From Octopus sinensis (Eukaryota), in the NCBI RefSeq assembly GCF_006345805.1, contig NC_042997.1, positions 29,016,001 to 29,080,000 of the forward strand: 64,000 nt of DNA, read 5' to 3'. The notes beneath the pieces were generated by a model. It ran no database searches, had not been told where the DNA came from, and saw nothing but the letters and a program-made list of their open reading frames with translations. Of this stretch, positions 25,956 to 39,628 are shown one piece after another. Made by a program: the position numbers and the translations under genes. The first letter of the stretch is position 1. Each line of letters starts with the position of its first letter.

Positions 25956-27594
25956 TCTGACATAAACTTTATGCTTTTTAAAGCACGTAGTGTATGCATA
26001 AAATAACTTGTTTTAAGCCTACCATGTTGAACATTAGGCAAGAGAACACCACCAGGACGCATTTGTTAGACAATTAGAATGAAATATTTCACTGCACATT
26101 TTGGCAAAATGTCAATGCTTTCATATTTCATTCATGAGATCTAGTATTCATGTTATTCATATTTTCAAGTTTCTTATTCAAGTAATAGGGGACATTAGGA
26201 TTCTTTGGAAATTAGCAGTATGTTAATAATCTACCCTATTAGAATAACACAATGCTTCCAGGAATCACTGGTTACATCGCGATAGTTAAATATATTGTTG
26301 ATGATTCAGATTCCGAAATAGGTTCAAATGGCCAGAATATGCTGCATAAATCTTTCAGCTAAACAGATATTTTCATTTAAACTATTCGATGGCTAACCTG
26401 CGTTAAGTCACTTGCACTTTTAAATATTTATTTGAAATAATCATTTCTTTTTCGATATGTAAGGCTTAGTATTAAGAAAATTGGGTACAATACATTAACA
26501 TAAAAGCATAAGAATTTTGCTGTTCTCATGAATGTCTGCCTGCTAATATTTCTTTATGTTCTTTCTTTACACAGCCTTTCTTTCTTTCTTCTTTATTTCT
26601 TTCTTTCTTCTTTATTTCTTTCTTTCTTTCTTTCTTTATTTATTTATTTATTTTGTTTTCTTTATTTCTCTATCTCTCTCTATCTCTCCCTTTTTCTTTC
26701 AATGTATTCATATCATTGTCTAAGATGGAAAACCAGACCTAGTTATAAATCAAATTTACTGAATGTGAAGTTTGACATAAAACATATGTTTGTGCTTCTA
26801 CTACAACATTAATACTGCGTATATGAAGCATAATGAAGCAGAGGAAATTATCGTAATGCAACAACCACTAATGAAAGTAAATAAGTAATGCATTCAAAAT
26901 AAGTGTGTAATAAACACTTATACAAAAATTAGGCTTTACCAGAAGAATGAAAGGTGTTTTTATTTTATTGTACACATCATTTGATGATTTTGATTGTATG
27001 AAATAAAATATTAGAACAAATATAACTACGAAATCCTGAAGTGATTCTGTTAATGAATTCATACTTATAAGATTTCCCATAAAAAAAATAAACGCGAAGC
27101 GTAAGAACTGTGAGCAGTTTCACTCTATACATAAGCAAGAGTTATTCATAAAAAGATTATCGTATTAGATGAGGGTATAAAATTACAGAAGCCAACAATA
27201 TAGGATAAAACAGCCGTCAAATTTATATTAAACCAAGCAAAAACTATCGGCAGAACTGAATTTAACGGACGTAGATCAGTTCACGTTGCAGAGAAAACTC
27301 TGAAGATCTGATGATGTATAAATAGCCATTCATCTTCTGAAAGTTGCGATCCAATTATTAATGAATCACATTGAACTGTATAAAACGAAAGAAGCATTGC
27401 TAGAGAACGCCGCTGTAGATACATCGCATTATACGTTAAGTGAAACGCAGAAATAACCCTTGGCGGAATGACTTCAGTCTAAGTTAACCTCGGCGACAGA
27501 AACAATGAAAATATCAGAAAGGACAGCACATGTTTCAAGTCACTAAAAGAGGCGTTTGACAGAATTTCTGTTTTTCATTATTTAAATTTCTAGT

Positions 27595-27777
27595 ATAGGC
27601 GTAGGAGTGGCTGTGTGGTAAGTAGCTTGCTTACGAACCACATGGTTTTGGGTTCATCCCACTGCGTGGCACCTTGGGCAAGTAAGTGTCTTCTACTATA
27701 GCCTCGGGCCGACCAAAAAGCCTTGTGAGTGGATTTGGTGGACGGAGGCTGAAAGAAGCCTGTCGTATATATATATA

Positions 27778-27861
<84 letters not shown>

Positions 27862-28070
27862 TGTTTGTCTCCCCAACATCGCTTGACAACCGATGCTGGT
27901 GTGTTTACGTCCCCGTAACTTAGCGGTTCGGCAAAAGAGACCGATAGAATAAGTACTAGGCTTACAAAGAATAAGTCCTGGGGTCGATTTGCTCGACTAA
28001 AGGTGGTGCCCCAGCATGGCCACAGTCAAATGACTGAAACAAATAAAAGAGTAAAAATAGTAAAAGAGAG
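27595..28070 (+). mobile_element. tRNA-derived SINE, family A, full length
   Basis: ataggcgtaggagtggctgtgtggtaag (A box)..gggttcatccc (B-box-like)..internal (TA)n(GT)n..catggccacagtcaaatgactgaaacaaataaaagagtaaaa. Confidence 0.9.
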
Positions 28071-28729
28071 TATCCAATACAGCTTGTAAGAATATGTACA
28101 TTTCGTACAAAATCTGAGATAACTATGCATGATATGCCTTTTCTCTCTCGTGGATTATATGCTATCCCATAATGTATAGACTGCAGTTCAGACTGATTTT
28201 TGCCGCAAATTAGACACTCAGTTATACATTAAACAAATGTCGGAGGAGTTAAAAGGTTACATGTAATTAGTCATTGTATTAAAAATAGTCTGTGTTGAAA
28301 TAATATATACTAAAATATAGAGATTGCCAATCATTTGTACACGCAATAAATATGTTGTGCATACACTTAATATGTTGTACACACAATAAATATTGATTGA
28401 TGAGTTTTATTTCAAATTTTAATGAGGTCGAAATTACTTCTGGTAGTGATGAAAGGAATATGATATGGAATACTTCAACGAAATACCCAGTTTCTCATTA
28501 ATATCAAAGTTCGGAAATTCAAAATAATTTTCGCTTTTAAGTTATAAGTAATGTAGCATCGGCGAAATCATTTAACGTTAACTCTTGAATGAAGTAATGA
28601 TAATTCATCTCATCCATATTTATCTTGCCTCCGATTGGTTGACAGATATATTAATTACGCAAACCAGAAGCGCAGCATATGATAGTTAGAATACCAATTA
28701 GTACAAAATTTTACTAACGGAATTTACAT

Positions 28730-29330
28730 GAAATCCAAGACTGTAGATGATTTGCAGGAACAAATGATAAAAATCTAGCAAATATTGCAGTGAAAAAAGA
28801 ACTGAGGTTTTACATTGGAAAATACCATGTGAATTAGAACAATAAACCCGGCTGTTTTATGGTTCACAGTTGAAAGTGTTAAGGGAAAGTGTTATCGACT
28901 GTAGGAAGACGAATATAGCCAGTGTTTAAAGCGAGACCTGGTTTAGCTTGTCATGCCTTTAACATTCTAAAAGCTTTTTTAAAACAAAACTAACACGATT
29001 TGTGGATCAATTGAACGACGAATGTCTATGAAAAACGGGAAATCTATACGGCCAGATAGTGAAAAATCATGGTGAATAATTCCAAATATCCATAGAAAAC
29101 TCTAAACATTCATGAACATGTGTTTCAATAACATCATATATGTAGAGACCGTGAATATGAAAGTTATCTTGTCTAATCGATCTATAAATCAGTTATGCCA
29201 AGTTGACAGTCAGCTACACCCAGTGAATGACCATAAGCAAGGCAACCTTTACACTGGAAATAAAAATATAATGGAAAAGAAGTAGCAAGAGGATGTTCAA
29301 AGGAAGATCAGTAAAATGAGAGAGCAATGC
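28730..29330 (+). mobile_element. Possible ancient RTE-type LINE remnant
   Basis: Pieces DDLQEQMIK..IAVKKELRF, ARPGLACHAFNILK and RQPLHWK..GK..RG resemble post-YADD RTE motifs. Confidence 0.3.
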
Positions 29331-29899
29331 TCTGCAAACAGGGATATCGAAAGCAAAATATTTTTTTTTGAAGAATGCGGTGGAAGCATTATATTTTGCA
29401 AACTCCAAAGAGGCCATACTTACTATATCTGTTGTATAAAATGACTGTGGCTGCGAGAGCTCCATGTAATATCGTTATACTGCATTTAGTTATATAATTT
29501 ACCTCACTTTATACTTACATTTCCAAGCTGAATAATCTTTACACATTGATATTTCTCTAAGCTCTATTTCAAGTCATTAATAGGATTGGATTGAAAAGAA
29601 ATATACATATATATATATATATAGTTACCACGTTAGAAGCATATTATTGATTTTCATCCATGAAAATCACGGAAATATATTTGTCATTAATAAATATTCA
29701 CGTATGCAGTATATTATTTGAACATATTTTATCAAACCGAGTTTCACGTTCCCGTTCGTCGGCCAGTCTTGTCCGACGATCGGGAACGCGAAACACTGTT
29801 TTTGTGATATATTTGCTGCTTTTTAATCAAGCATATTACTCTACCTCTCATACTCAAGTACCATTTTTTCACCTTGTTTCGAATTTCTATGCTTATGCT

Positions 29900-29974
<75 letters not shown>

Positions 29975-30361
29975 TATATATATATATATATATATATATT
30001 AATAAATATATATATATTAATAAATATATATATATATAGTTTAATTTGTCAAAATATTTTCGTCGCTTTAAGACCGCGACCTGTTCACTGACAAAAATCC
30101 GTGCTCACGGATGGTTTACAAACACTTTCAATGCTGCAATTGTTTTCGTTTCAGCACACGATCTCAGATCCACTTGCTATGCAAGTACATCTCCGTAATA
30201 TATATATAATTCAGAACAGGAAGTACTCTACCTTGCATCAAATTGCAAAGTTCTTCATTCGCTAAACAAATATTGGTTAACTTCATTTCTAAGTACTATC
30301 TGATATGTTGTACTGTTCATTTTACTTGTACTTCTTGAAGTTCATATATATCTGTCTGTGG

Positions 30362-30755
30362 AAAAAGCTTGCTTCGCAACCACATGGATCGGGGTTCAAT
30401 CCCACTACGTGGTACCTTGGGTGACTGTCTTCTCTTATAGCGTCAGGCCGACCAAATCTTGGTGATTTGTTCCGGTAGAAAGAAACTGAAAACCTCATTT
30501 ATATATATATATGTCTGTGTGTGTGTGTGTGTGTGTGGTGTGTGTGTGTGTGTTTGTGTTCCTCTACCTTCAATGACAACCGATGTTAGTGTGTTTACGT
30601 CCCCGTGACTTAGTGGTTCTGGAAGAGCCACCGATAGAATACGTACAGGGCTTATAAAGATTAAATCCAGAGGTCGGTTTATTCTAATAATGCCGATGCT
30701 CCAGCATGTCCACAGTGAAAATGATTGAAACAAGTAAAACAGAAATAACAAGAGA
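30362..30755 (+). mobile_element. Diverged 5'-truncated family A SINE (copy 1 of a local duplication)
   Basis: Collinear with 27620-28060 and shares private variants with the 31546-31930 copy. Confidence 0.8.
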
Positions 30756-31059
30756 ATTATTTTTACCTCAATTTACTCTTAGTGTTATATACAACAGTGT
30801 ACCATCCGAATACGTCTTTTGATGACTCATCATATCAAATATTGATAAGGTCAACGGGCTTTTCACGACGCGATATAGGTTATCCTATGTGTCTCCTGCA
30901 AATGAAGACATGGTGAGTTTCGTCGACGTTTACGTGGAGCCATTTTGATAATAAAGTTCACGTCTGACATTTGCTGATCTTTTTTTTTTTCTTTTTAAAC
31001 GCTAAACTAGCTTAACTTAAATTTACTGCCATTATAAAACAGACGTAGCAACTTTCTGA

Positions 31060-31260
31060 ACATTCACCCGTGAAAATATCGGTTGGCACACACTGCAATG
31101 CACAGTTCCCGAATAGTTTCCTTTCCTTTACTGTCATGTGGGATTGTATATCAATAGAGAGTCCATCGATATGATCTCGTATGAATCCTCTTCGTAATTG
31201 TCTATTTGCACAAATCCACATACTTCAGGAAATCTGACAACCTGGTAACCTATATATTCT
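31060..31260 (-). mobile_element. PIF/Harbinger-like transposase remnant
   Basis: Across frames it reads FPEVCGF / IDGLSIDIQSH / RKGNYS / ALQCV / TDIFTG, compared with FP-x-V-x-G-x-IDGTHI...NRKG-x-HS...Q-x-VC...F-x-D. Confidence 0.4.
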
Positions 31261-31545
31261 AAGTTGTTCTGTCATCTCAAATGCTGTGTCATTCATCAGT
31301 CAGTATGAGTGATAGGCACGAATTTCTTTCCGCTTTGAAGTGTTCTAAGAACTACGCAATTTTTACCCCCTGCATTCTATGTCAGATCTCACCTCACGGA
31401 ATTGTTGATGCCTGCCTCTAGACGCGGTAATGAAGCAGTAGTCAAAGTATGTGTTTACATTTGTGTGAGATTCATTTAGAAATATATTGTTTTCTACCAT
31501 GTAATACTGTCACGTACTTCTTGAAATTCACATATATCTTTGATA

Positions 31546-31687
31546 AAAGCTTGCTTCGCAACTACATGGATCGGGGTTCAGTCCCACTCCGTGGCACCTT
31601 AGGCGAATGTCTTCTATTATAGCCTCGGGCCGATCAAAACATTGCGACTAGATCTGGTAGAAAGAAACTGAAAACCTCATATATATA

Positions 31688-31732
<45 letters not shown>

Positions 31733-31930
31733 TTGTGTTCCTCTACCTTCACTTGACAATCGATGTTGGTGTGTTTACGTCCCCGTGAATTATTCGTTTT
31801 GGAAAAGCGACAGATATAATACGTACAAGGCTTATAAAGAATAAATCTAGAGGTCGATTTATTCGGCTAGAGCTGATGCTCCAGCATGGCTACAATGAAA
31901 ATGACTCAAACAAGTAAAAAAGAATTAAGA
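31546..31930 (+). mobile_element. Diverged 5'-truncated family A SINE (copy 2 of a local duplication)
   Basis: Same truncation point (aaaagcttgcttcgcaac) and same flanks as 30362-30755. Confidence 0.8.
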
Positions 31931-33479
31931 AGAAAATTCCATTTACGTTCATTTACTGTTAACATTATATACAACAGTGCGCCATCCGAGCACGTCTTTT
32001 GATAAGGCAATGAAGCAGTAGTCAAAGTATGTGTTTACATTTGTGAGAGATTCATTTAGAAAAATATTGTTTTCTGCCATGTAACACTGTCACGCAGCCT
32101 GTTATCCGTTTAATTTTTTCCTATTACATCTTATTTCGATGTTGTATTACTTTTAAATTTCCTATATTTTTTTTTCATAAGAAAAATGTGTTTGAGTATG
32201 TTGATTATATACTTTTATTTATTGCAGACACTTCGCTATGAATGTTCTTCACTGTGTAGCTTTTCATGAAATACCAATGATTATTTCCACCTAAAGTGCA
32301 TGATTTTTACATATATATTTCCGAGTCTTGGCATTTTATGTTTAAATGTCGTAGGAATCATTTGCTTTGTTATTTTTTTTTATTTTGTACGTCGTATTTG
32401 TCGCGTTATTATGCAGAGAACATGAAATATAATTTTGGTGAAAATTTGCTATTTATATAAGAATGAGACAATGAAACAAACAATGATTTTGCAAGAACTT
32501 TATCAGTACTTTCTTTTTACCAACTCCATGTTATTTGCCTAAGTTTTCTTCCATTTTTTCGACTCTGTTTCTGATATCATTACCTTCGGCATCAGTATTA
32601 GAATGTTGAATTCCGAAATAAGTTCATTTTCCGCGAGGCCAACACTGATTTCCATCTGTATACACTTTATAAAAGACTACTAGGTCGACTGTCTTGATTA
32701 ATCTTGACAATATTAATATAAAAAAAGAATATAAAATAAAGATTCCTGGCACAATAATAAATTGAGTACTCATTCAAAAATCTGAAATAACAATTGATGT
32801 AACCTGTTTTAATGCAAGCTTCGATTTAATGGTCATCACAAAATCGAACATTAACTAACGGCGAGAAATGCATTGATAATTCTGTGAAAAACAGAATCTA
32901 CTAGTTTTGAAACAATTGGAATTTATCATAACACGAGGAAAATGCTACACAAATAAATACAACGCTAGCGATAAACAAAATGCTATACAAAGAAATACAA
33001 CAATAGTGATACAATGAAGAGAAATTTTTGAGAAAATAGTGTAGACGGAAAATTTCGACATTGCGGAAACTGTTCAGAACGACGAATGCAGTATCGAGAT
33101 AATCGCTTTAGGTGGTAGGAAATAAAAGTACGCCGGATGAAGTAAAAAATGAAATACAATAAATAGAAAGCTTGAAGCCACCCGGAAATGTTACGCCGAC
33201 GAAGCTTGAGATTAGAATAAATTTATCACGGATGAATATGATAATATTAGATGTTCTTCATTGATAGCAGGGAAAAGACAAGAGCATACTAGTATCAATA
33301 TTGTGTTGTAAACTTAACAATCAATAATTTTCACATAATATGGTACGATGTGTTCTAAATGCATATCGCTAAATCTCATGAGGCTATATATAAATTTAAT
33401 ATTCTTAAAAAGGAATAGAATTTACTAGTAATCTCTCTGGATCAGTGTTAATTGCAGATACTAAGGTAAATGACAAATT

Positions 33480-36400
33480 TTACCACACAACTGGGCTATG
33501 GAACTGACCGGTGATACATAATGAAAGCGCGGAGTGGCTACCAAAGGTGGAAAGACAACTTGCAACTGTATCAGGGCAAAAGGACGTGCGAATTAATCAA
33601 TATACAATGAGACACAAGTTATAAAGAATTTTAAATTCGTAAGGACCGGGCCCGGATGTAGTATAAGGCTACTGGTTGAAGAATTTTACCCAGTTGCGTT
33701 AAAGCATCGCTGCACACCTGAGTGACTGCCTGCAGCATCATTACGAAGGGGACGAAAGCTACTATGTCTCAAGGATCCCTTGAATGGGAACTTGGCATCA
33801 AATTTTCGACCTATACACATTTTACCGCTTATGTGGAAGCGGTGTCTTGGAGGAAGTGCTATATGACCATCTGGAAAGTAACAATCTATGCCCAGAAGAA
33901 CAGAAAAAAGGCAGGAAACGAATTAGAGCAAGAAAAGTTAAAATGATAATTAGAAATTATAGCCGCAGATTGACGGGACTGAATGTAGCATAGGTAGATT
34001 ACAAAGAAACAAATTAAATATTGATTTGTTTGGAAGAAGAAAAAAACAGAAAAGTGAACATCAGACGTGAAATATTCCAAGGTACATTATTATTCGTACT
34101 GGCCATTACAAGGTTCACTATAATGATGTGAAAAGTTAAAATAGCTTAAGATTTGAGAAAAGGAAATGGTCAAATAAATCACCTCCTTTTTGTGGAAGGT
34201 TAATGCGAAAAATGAGAAACAACTTGAGAGTCTTGTACATACAATCCGCATTTTCTCAAATGACGCAGATGTGCAATTTGGAATAGAAAAGTGCGTTATT
34301 TTGAAAATGAAACGATGAAGATTTGAAAGAAGCGAGGGAATTGAAAGGCCAAATGAGCAAACAATGAGAGCGGTTGAGAAACATCATTAGTATAAGTACT
34401 TGAGAATATTGGAACCACATGAAATAAAAAGTGAAGAAAGGAAACAAATTACCAGTACGGAGTGCTCAAGGAGAGTAAGAAAATTATTGCCGTCAAAGCT
34501 GAATTTCAAGAATCTTATTGAGACAATAAATTCAAGAACGGTACGCCAAATCAGATATGGAGTTGGAATTATAGACTGGACAAAAAGCGATACGATGGGA
34601 GCATCCAAAAGTAACTAGCAATGTTCTGTTTGTTACAAGCCCGTTGTTGTTCAGGCTTCAGCCACTAATGTGGACCTAAGGCATCAGTGTGCCGACCCAC
34701 GTCGTCTTTTGAAGTGGTACTGTCACGTGATGCGTCTTCGTTTTGTAGTGCTTCGTTCCTGTTTGTTGATTTTTGCGATTGCCGAAACGAGATAACAGCG
34801 TGTTTCCGTGAAATTCTGTTTACTGCTGGGGAAAACAGCAACCGAAAGAGTTGTGATGCTTCGAACAGCTTAGAAGAACGTTGACATGAGCAAAACACAA
34901 GTTTATGAATGGATTTCACGCTTTAGAAATGGTCATCATTTACTTCAAGATTAACCTCGTTCTGGACGACCGTCGACACCCGCCCCCGAACAAATGAAAA
35001 CATCACGAAAATTAATAAACTGACCTTGGAGAACTGTCACTGAGAAATTTACGGACTTGTTGATATGACTAGTGTATCGTGGAGCTCCTGCTAATGAATA
35101 TTGAGCGAGGAAGCGCGTATGAAATGAATTGCAGCTAAAATTTGTGCTTTGCTCAGGGATGATCGAAAGTAGTCAAGATTGAATGCGTGTCGTTAAATGA
35201 AACTGATCTGGACCTTTATTCAAAATTCATCACCGGTGACGAAAGTTGCTGCTACAGCTACGACCCAGAAAGAAGCAGCAATCAAGTCAATGCAAGAATT
35301 CAATGACACCACATCCCAAAAAAAAAAGCGCGACAAGGGAGAGAACAGTGTAAATACAATCCTGATTTGTTTAATCGATGACAAAGAAATTGTCCAAACA
35401 GAATTTTTTCCTGCCGATCAAACTCTTAACCAGATATTTTGCTTGGCAATTCTGAACCATTTGGGAGACTCAGTGAGACGAAAACGCTCTGACCTGGGGA
35501 GAAGGTGGTGGTTTCATCATGACAAAGGTCATGCGCACACAACCTTGAGTGAGACAGTTTCATCCGACCATGCTCCATGCAACATCATTTGTTCCCTCGA
35601 ATAAAAAAAAACTTGATGAAAGACAAACGTTTTGCACATGTGAAAGTAGTAAAGAAAAAACGACGGACGTGTTATAAAGCATCACTTGGCAGGAGTTCCC
35701 AGACAGCTTCGAAGTGTGGAAAGCGCGTCTGAAACGATACATAGCTGAAATCAATAAAATTGTAAACATGTAAAACTAAGTGAATTTAAAATATTACAGA
35801 ATTACTAGGAGTCCACTATCCTAAAGTTGATACCAATCATCTGTACTTGTAGAGAGACCGGGTTGGAATAGGCTTAATAGCAGTGGAAGAATGTGGGGAG
35901 ATAGAAATAAAGAGCCTAGTAGTGTATTTACAGAACAGCACAGAAAAAACTAAAGAAGTGAATAACGAAGAAGTGATCAAGCGCGTAATAGGAGAAGCGA
36001 ACAAGAATTAAATTGAAAGAGGCAGATTGAAGACAAACCTTTAATTGCCTAATATTGGAAAGGCCCCGAGGATGTATGTGGAACAATATCATGGGCTTGG
36101 CTTTAAAAACGAGTAATTAAAAAAAGAAAGAGATAGCTTAATTGAAGCAACCCAAGATCAAGGGATAAAACATACAACTTGAAGAAAAACAATATATGCG
36201 AAGTGTGTGACAGAAAAATGTAGAGCCTGTGAAACGTGGACCGAGGCAGTGACAAACGTTGCTGAAGAATGCTCCACGTTTTTACAGGAAGACTATAAGA
36301 AATGGAAGCATGACCAGTTATAAATCTTTAAGCTGGAAACTTTATCAGAAACGGGTATTTGAAGTTGGAAATATCGGGTCGAATACAAGAGTCGGAGAAA

Positions 36401-36760
36401 TGTAAGATTTTTGGGGACTTTCCTATTTAAACGGATAGGAAACAAAAAGACCGGTCAGAACAATTATAGATAAGTAAAAGCGAAATTGCTTACTAATCGA
36501 TACGTCATTACCGTTTGATTCCAATATCGTAAAGAGGGAACAAAAAAATTACAATCCCTTAAAATTTGAAATAGGAAGAATTTGGGGCATGCGATCAGTC
36601 AAGGTCGTGCCTCTAATAACTGGTGCGTTGGGAACTGCAAGCCAAGATATAGACAAAGACCTGTTGGAAGAGAATGTCCTGTTGAACTCCTACGGAACGT
36701 TTGTGTCTCAGCGACGGCAAGGATTATAGGGAGGGTTATGAGCTCCAAAAAGACAAGTCA
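33480..36760 (+). mobile_element. R4/Dong LINE, degenerate, interrupted by a mariner insertion
   Basis: HNESAEWL, GPGPDVV*GYWLK, NFRPI, VDYK, IFQG, INHLLF, YKYL, GIIDWTK, then after the mariner: NHLYL..G-x-GL, QDQG, CRAC..EC (CCHC-like) and LIDTSLPFD..IWGMRSVKVVPLITGALG (RLE). Confidence 0.85.
34591..35800 (+). mobile_element. Mariner-type DNA transposon, degenerate
   Basis: Left TIR-like tacgatgggagcatccaaaagtaac at 34591. Translations include QRVSVKFCLLLGKTATE, MSKTQVYEWISRF, RSGRPST, EFFPADQTLNQ..RRKRSDL..FHHDK..AH and KDKRFAHV. Confidence 0.85.
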
Positions 36761-36959
36761 AAATTTGTGGATGCCTAAAGTTACAGGTAGTAACCTGCTA
36801 CCCACATAAATTCTACACCTCGGTAGAATTTGAACTCAGATCGTAGTGACTGACGAAATACCACTATGCATTTCGCCCGGCGGGCTAAGTATTTTAACAG
36901 CTCACCGCCTCGCAGAAAGTACATAAGCGCAGACACAACAAGTTAGCGCAGAAACCTCA

Positions 36960-37500
36960 CGGAGCACTATTTTGGAATTATGGATATGAGGTAACAAGCG
37001 CTTGGTACCAACATACACCACAAGAGGTAATGGACAAAAATAAATGAAGGCAAAATTCCTCTGAGGCTTTTAATTCCAGATGGACAAGGTGTTAGAGCAC
37101 AGAAGACTTGAGGTAGTAAGCTTTAGGAGGGACCAACAAGAATGCCTAATAATCGACGTGGCAATGCCAGGAAATCAAGATATCATCATGAAAGAAAGAG
37201 AAAAGGCTGATAAATATGGTGACCTGTGAACTGAGATCAATACGTGGAAGCTACGAGAGTCAAATTAAAAGTTTGCCCCTATTGTCAATACGACCCAACC
37301 TAAAGGAACATGTGGAGGCTTTAGAAATACTTTACGCTCTAGGTGTATTGTAAAAGTTGGCATTACTTGGAACAGCGCACATATTGCGTAAAGTACAGTC
37401 TGTTTGATGCCCTTATTGGGACTTGACATACATTACATATTTCCGGTAGACACTATATATTAAATCAACATCATCATATTGGATACTATGCGATGAATAA
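36960..37500 (+). mobile_element. R4/Dong 3' fragment (RLE domain, 3' UTR, short AAT tail)
   Basis: WYQHTPQEVM, LIIDVAMPGNQDIIMKEREKADKYGDL, ALLGTAHILRKV, then ~95 nt and aataataat. Confidence 0.8.
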
Positions 37501-37700
37501 TAATCCTTCTACTTCAGGCACAAGGCCTGAAATTTGCAGTGAGAGGACTAGTCTATTCCATCGCTCCCATTGTTTCATTGGTACTCAATTTATTGATCCC
37601 TCAAGGATGACACGCAATATCGACCTCAGCGGAATTTGAACACAGAACGTAGTGACTGACGAAATGCGGCTAAACGTTTCGCCAGGTTTGCTAAGATCAA
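37497..37700 (-). mobile_element. Family B SINE, reverse orientation (a further head fragment lies at 36820-36910)
   Basis: Reverse-complement homology to 19094-19270 (gtcgacctcagcggaatttgaacacagaacg...gaaatg...tttcgcc). Confidence 0.75.
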
Positions 37701-37719
37701 TGCTTACCTTCAAGGAACT

Positions 37720-38445
37720 ACCAGGCCAAAACATTAAAGAACAGCAGTAGCCCAACATGTTGTGTATAGAAACAGCAAAATGAAGCCATTGATCATGTCT
37801 CCATGACCAGTTTTCTGCGATAGAGCAGCACAGTATATTCACTGCGAAATGTCCAAAAATCTGGACCTGCCTCATGATAAAAACTGGTAGGAATACAAAC
37901 CACCTCCAGTGCTTGAAAAGGATCACATCTCACTCATCTGGAACTTCACCGTTCAAATTGACAGAAAGATAAAAGTGAATAGGCCAGACAAAAATCATAC
38001 CTCCTCATTGATATTACTGTCCCAATCAACATAAATGTATCTATCAAGGCCTATCAAAAACTGAGCAAGTATAAATGTCTTGAAATAGAAATTGGCAATT
38101 TATGGAACTGCAAAACTAAAAGAATGCCTAAAACAATAATAATAATCCTTGATACAGGGGCACTCAGATCACTAAAAACCGATTTCAAGAAATATATCAG
38201 AGAAATCGGAATTGAAAGGAAAGCAGAAAAAGCACCCGAAACGGCGCTAATGGGGAGAGCTATAACTTTGAGAGTGGGACTTGGATATTGAATGTAATCC
38301 AAGTTAATTAACCGAGTACTAAAGTTTATAATATGGGGAAAGTTACTCTCTGTGAGACATCTGACAACAGGCTGCTGTCTACTTTCACAGAATCTAACAG
38401 GGCGAAAAACTTCGAGCGCTCTGAGATGTAAGACAATAATAATAA
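37720..38445 (+). mobile_element. Third R4/Dong 3' fragment with (TAA)n tail
   Basis: IWNFTVQIDRKIKVNRPD, LIDITVP, KLSKYKCLEIEIGNLWNCKT, ETALMGRAITLR, then 3' UTR and aataataataa. Confidence 0.75.
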
Positions 38446-38512
38446 CCATATATATATAAATATTATATATAAAATATATATATGTGTGTGTATGTGTGTG
38501 TGTTTATCTGTA

Positions 38513-38558
<46 letters not shown>

Positions 38559-38819
38559 ATATATATATATGTGTGTAATATAATATAAAATAATAATATA
38601 TGAATATATGCATATATACATACATATGTGTACATATCTACATCTATATGTATATATACATGATTATATGGGTGCAGGACATCAAAAAAACGCTGAACAA
38701 AAACATGGAAACGCACTTATTTTTCAAGCAACGAAAAAAACAGAGTACAAGACATACAACACAAGGAATATTCCCCTTCTTCAGTTGTCCCTGTTTCGTC
38801 TACTCCGCCTTTCGAGGGT

Positions 38820-39330
38820 AAGGACATGACGCGACTTCGTCTTGATTTCCCAGGAAGAGAGTTGTATGTTGCATCGTATAAGATTGTCTTTTCGTTTGGC
38901 TTTGAAGCGCAAGAGTGGCCTTACGACTGATCTTCCTGTTGGGAATCGGCCAACTCATTATGTGACAGATTAACTGACCTTTTAAGTTGTGTTTTGATGA
39001 TTATGGCGCTAATACTTGATATATTGCATTTTTGTACTACCTCAAGGTAATGAATATGGTCATAAGGTTTTATGTTGGGGATAGTACGCAAGCATCGCAT
39101 AGGAAAAGCATTAAGCTGGTTGATATGCCTCCGGTACAGAGTCCACGATTCGGCACCAGAAAGCAATGTTGTCAGGGTCATTGACTTATATACGTCGACT
39201 TTCACCTCCAGCGATATGTCATGGCTGATCCAAAGCCTGTGATAAAGCTTATAGAAAGCGGAGCTAGTATTAAATCCAGATTTGAATCCCGGTGCGTACA
39301 TTAAGTAGTTAGACATTGGCGACCTTTCTT
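38820..39330 (-). mobile_element. RTE-BovB LINE 3' fragment
   Basis: SSAFYKLYHRLWISHDISLEVKVDVYKSMTLTTLLSGAESWTLYRRHINQLNAF..RCLR, followed by LLRFK..NL..C-x-I..WE. Confidence 0.85.
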
Positions 39331-39593
39331 GTTGGGTAACACAATGTTTCTTACACAGCTGCAAAGGTTCCACAGAGTGTAGAATACTTTTGATTAGTGT
39401 TTTCATTATATAGCCCTAAGTCAATTTCCGTGTGTGAAAACATCTCTGTGCTCGATCCTGCTTCGTGGTTAATAGTGTGTAGTTTGAAGTGAAAATTTAG
39501 TAGAGTTCCACCTCTCATAAGTCCAATCTCTTTCTGCCTATTCTGTAAGACTTAGCGGTACTGTGCAAATCCCCATTCTCCTTATTTTTATTA

Positions 39594-39628
<35 letters not shown>

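Noticed and set aside
27595-27680. tRNA genes at SINE heads
   Set aside because: A/B-box-like motifs are present, but there is no complete cloverleaf and the sequence continues into SINE bodies.
38770-38800. GAAAC...CTGAAGA on the minus strand as a type II/III hammerhead
   Set aside because: The spacing leaves no room for stems III and I, and no cleavage triplet is in place.
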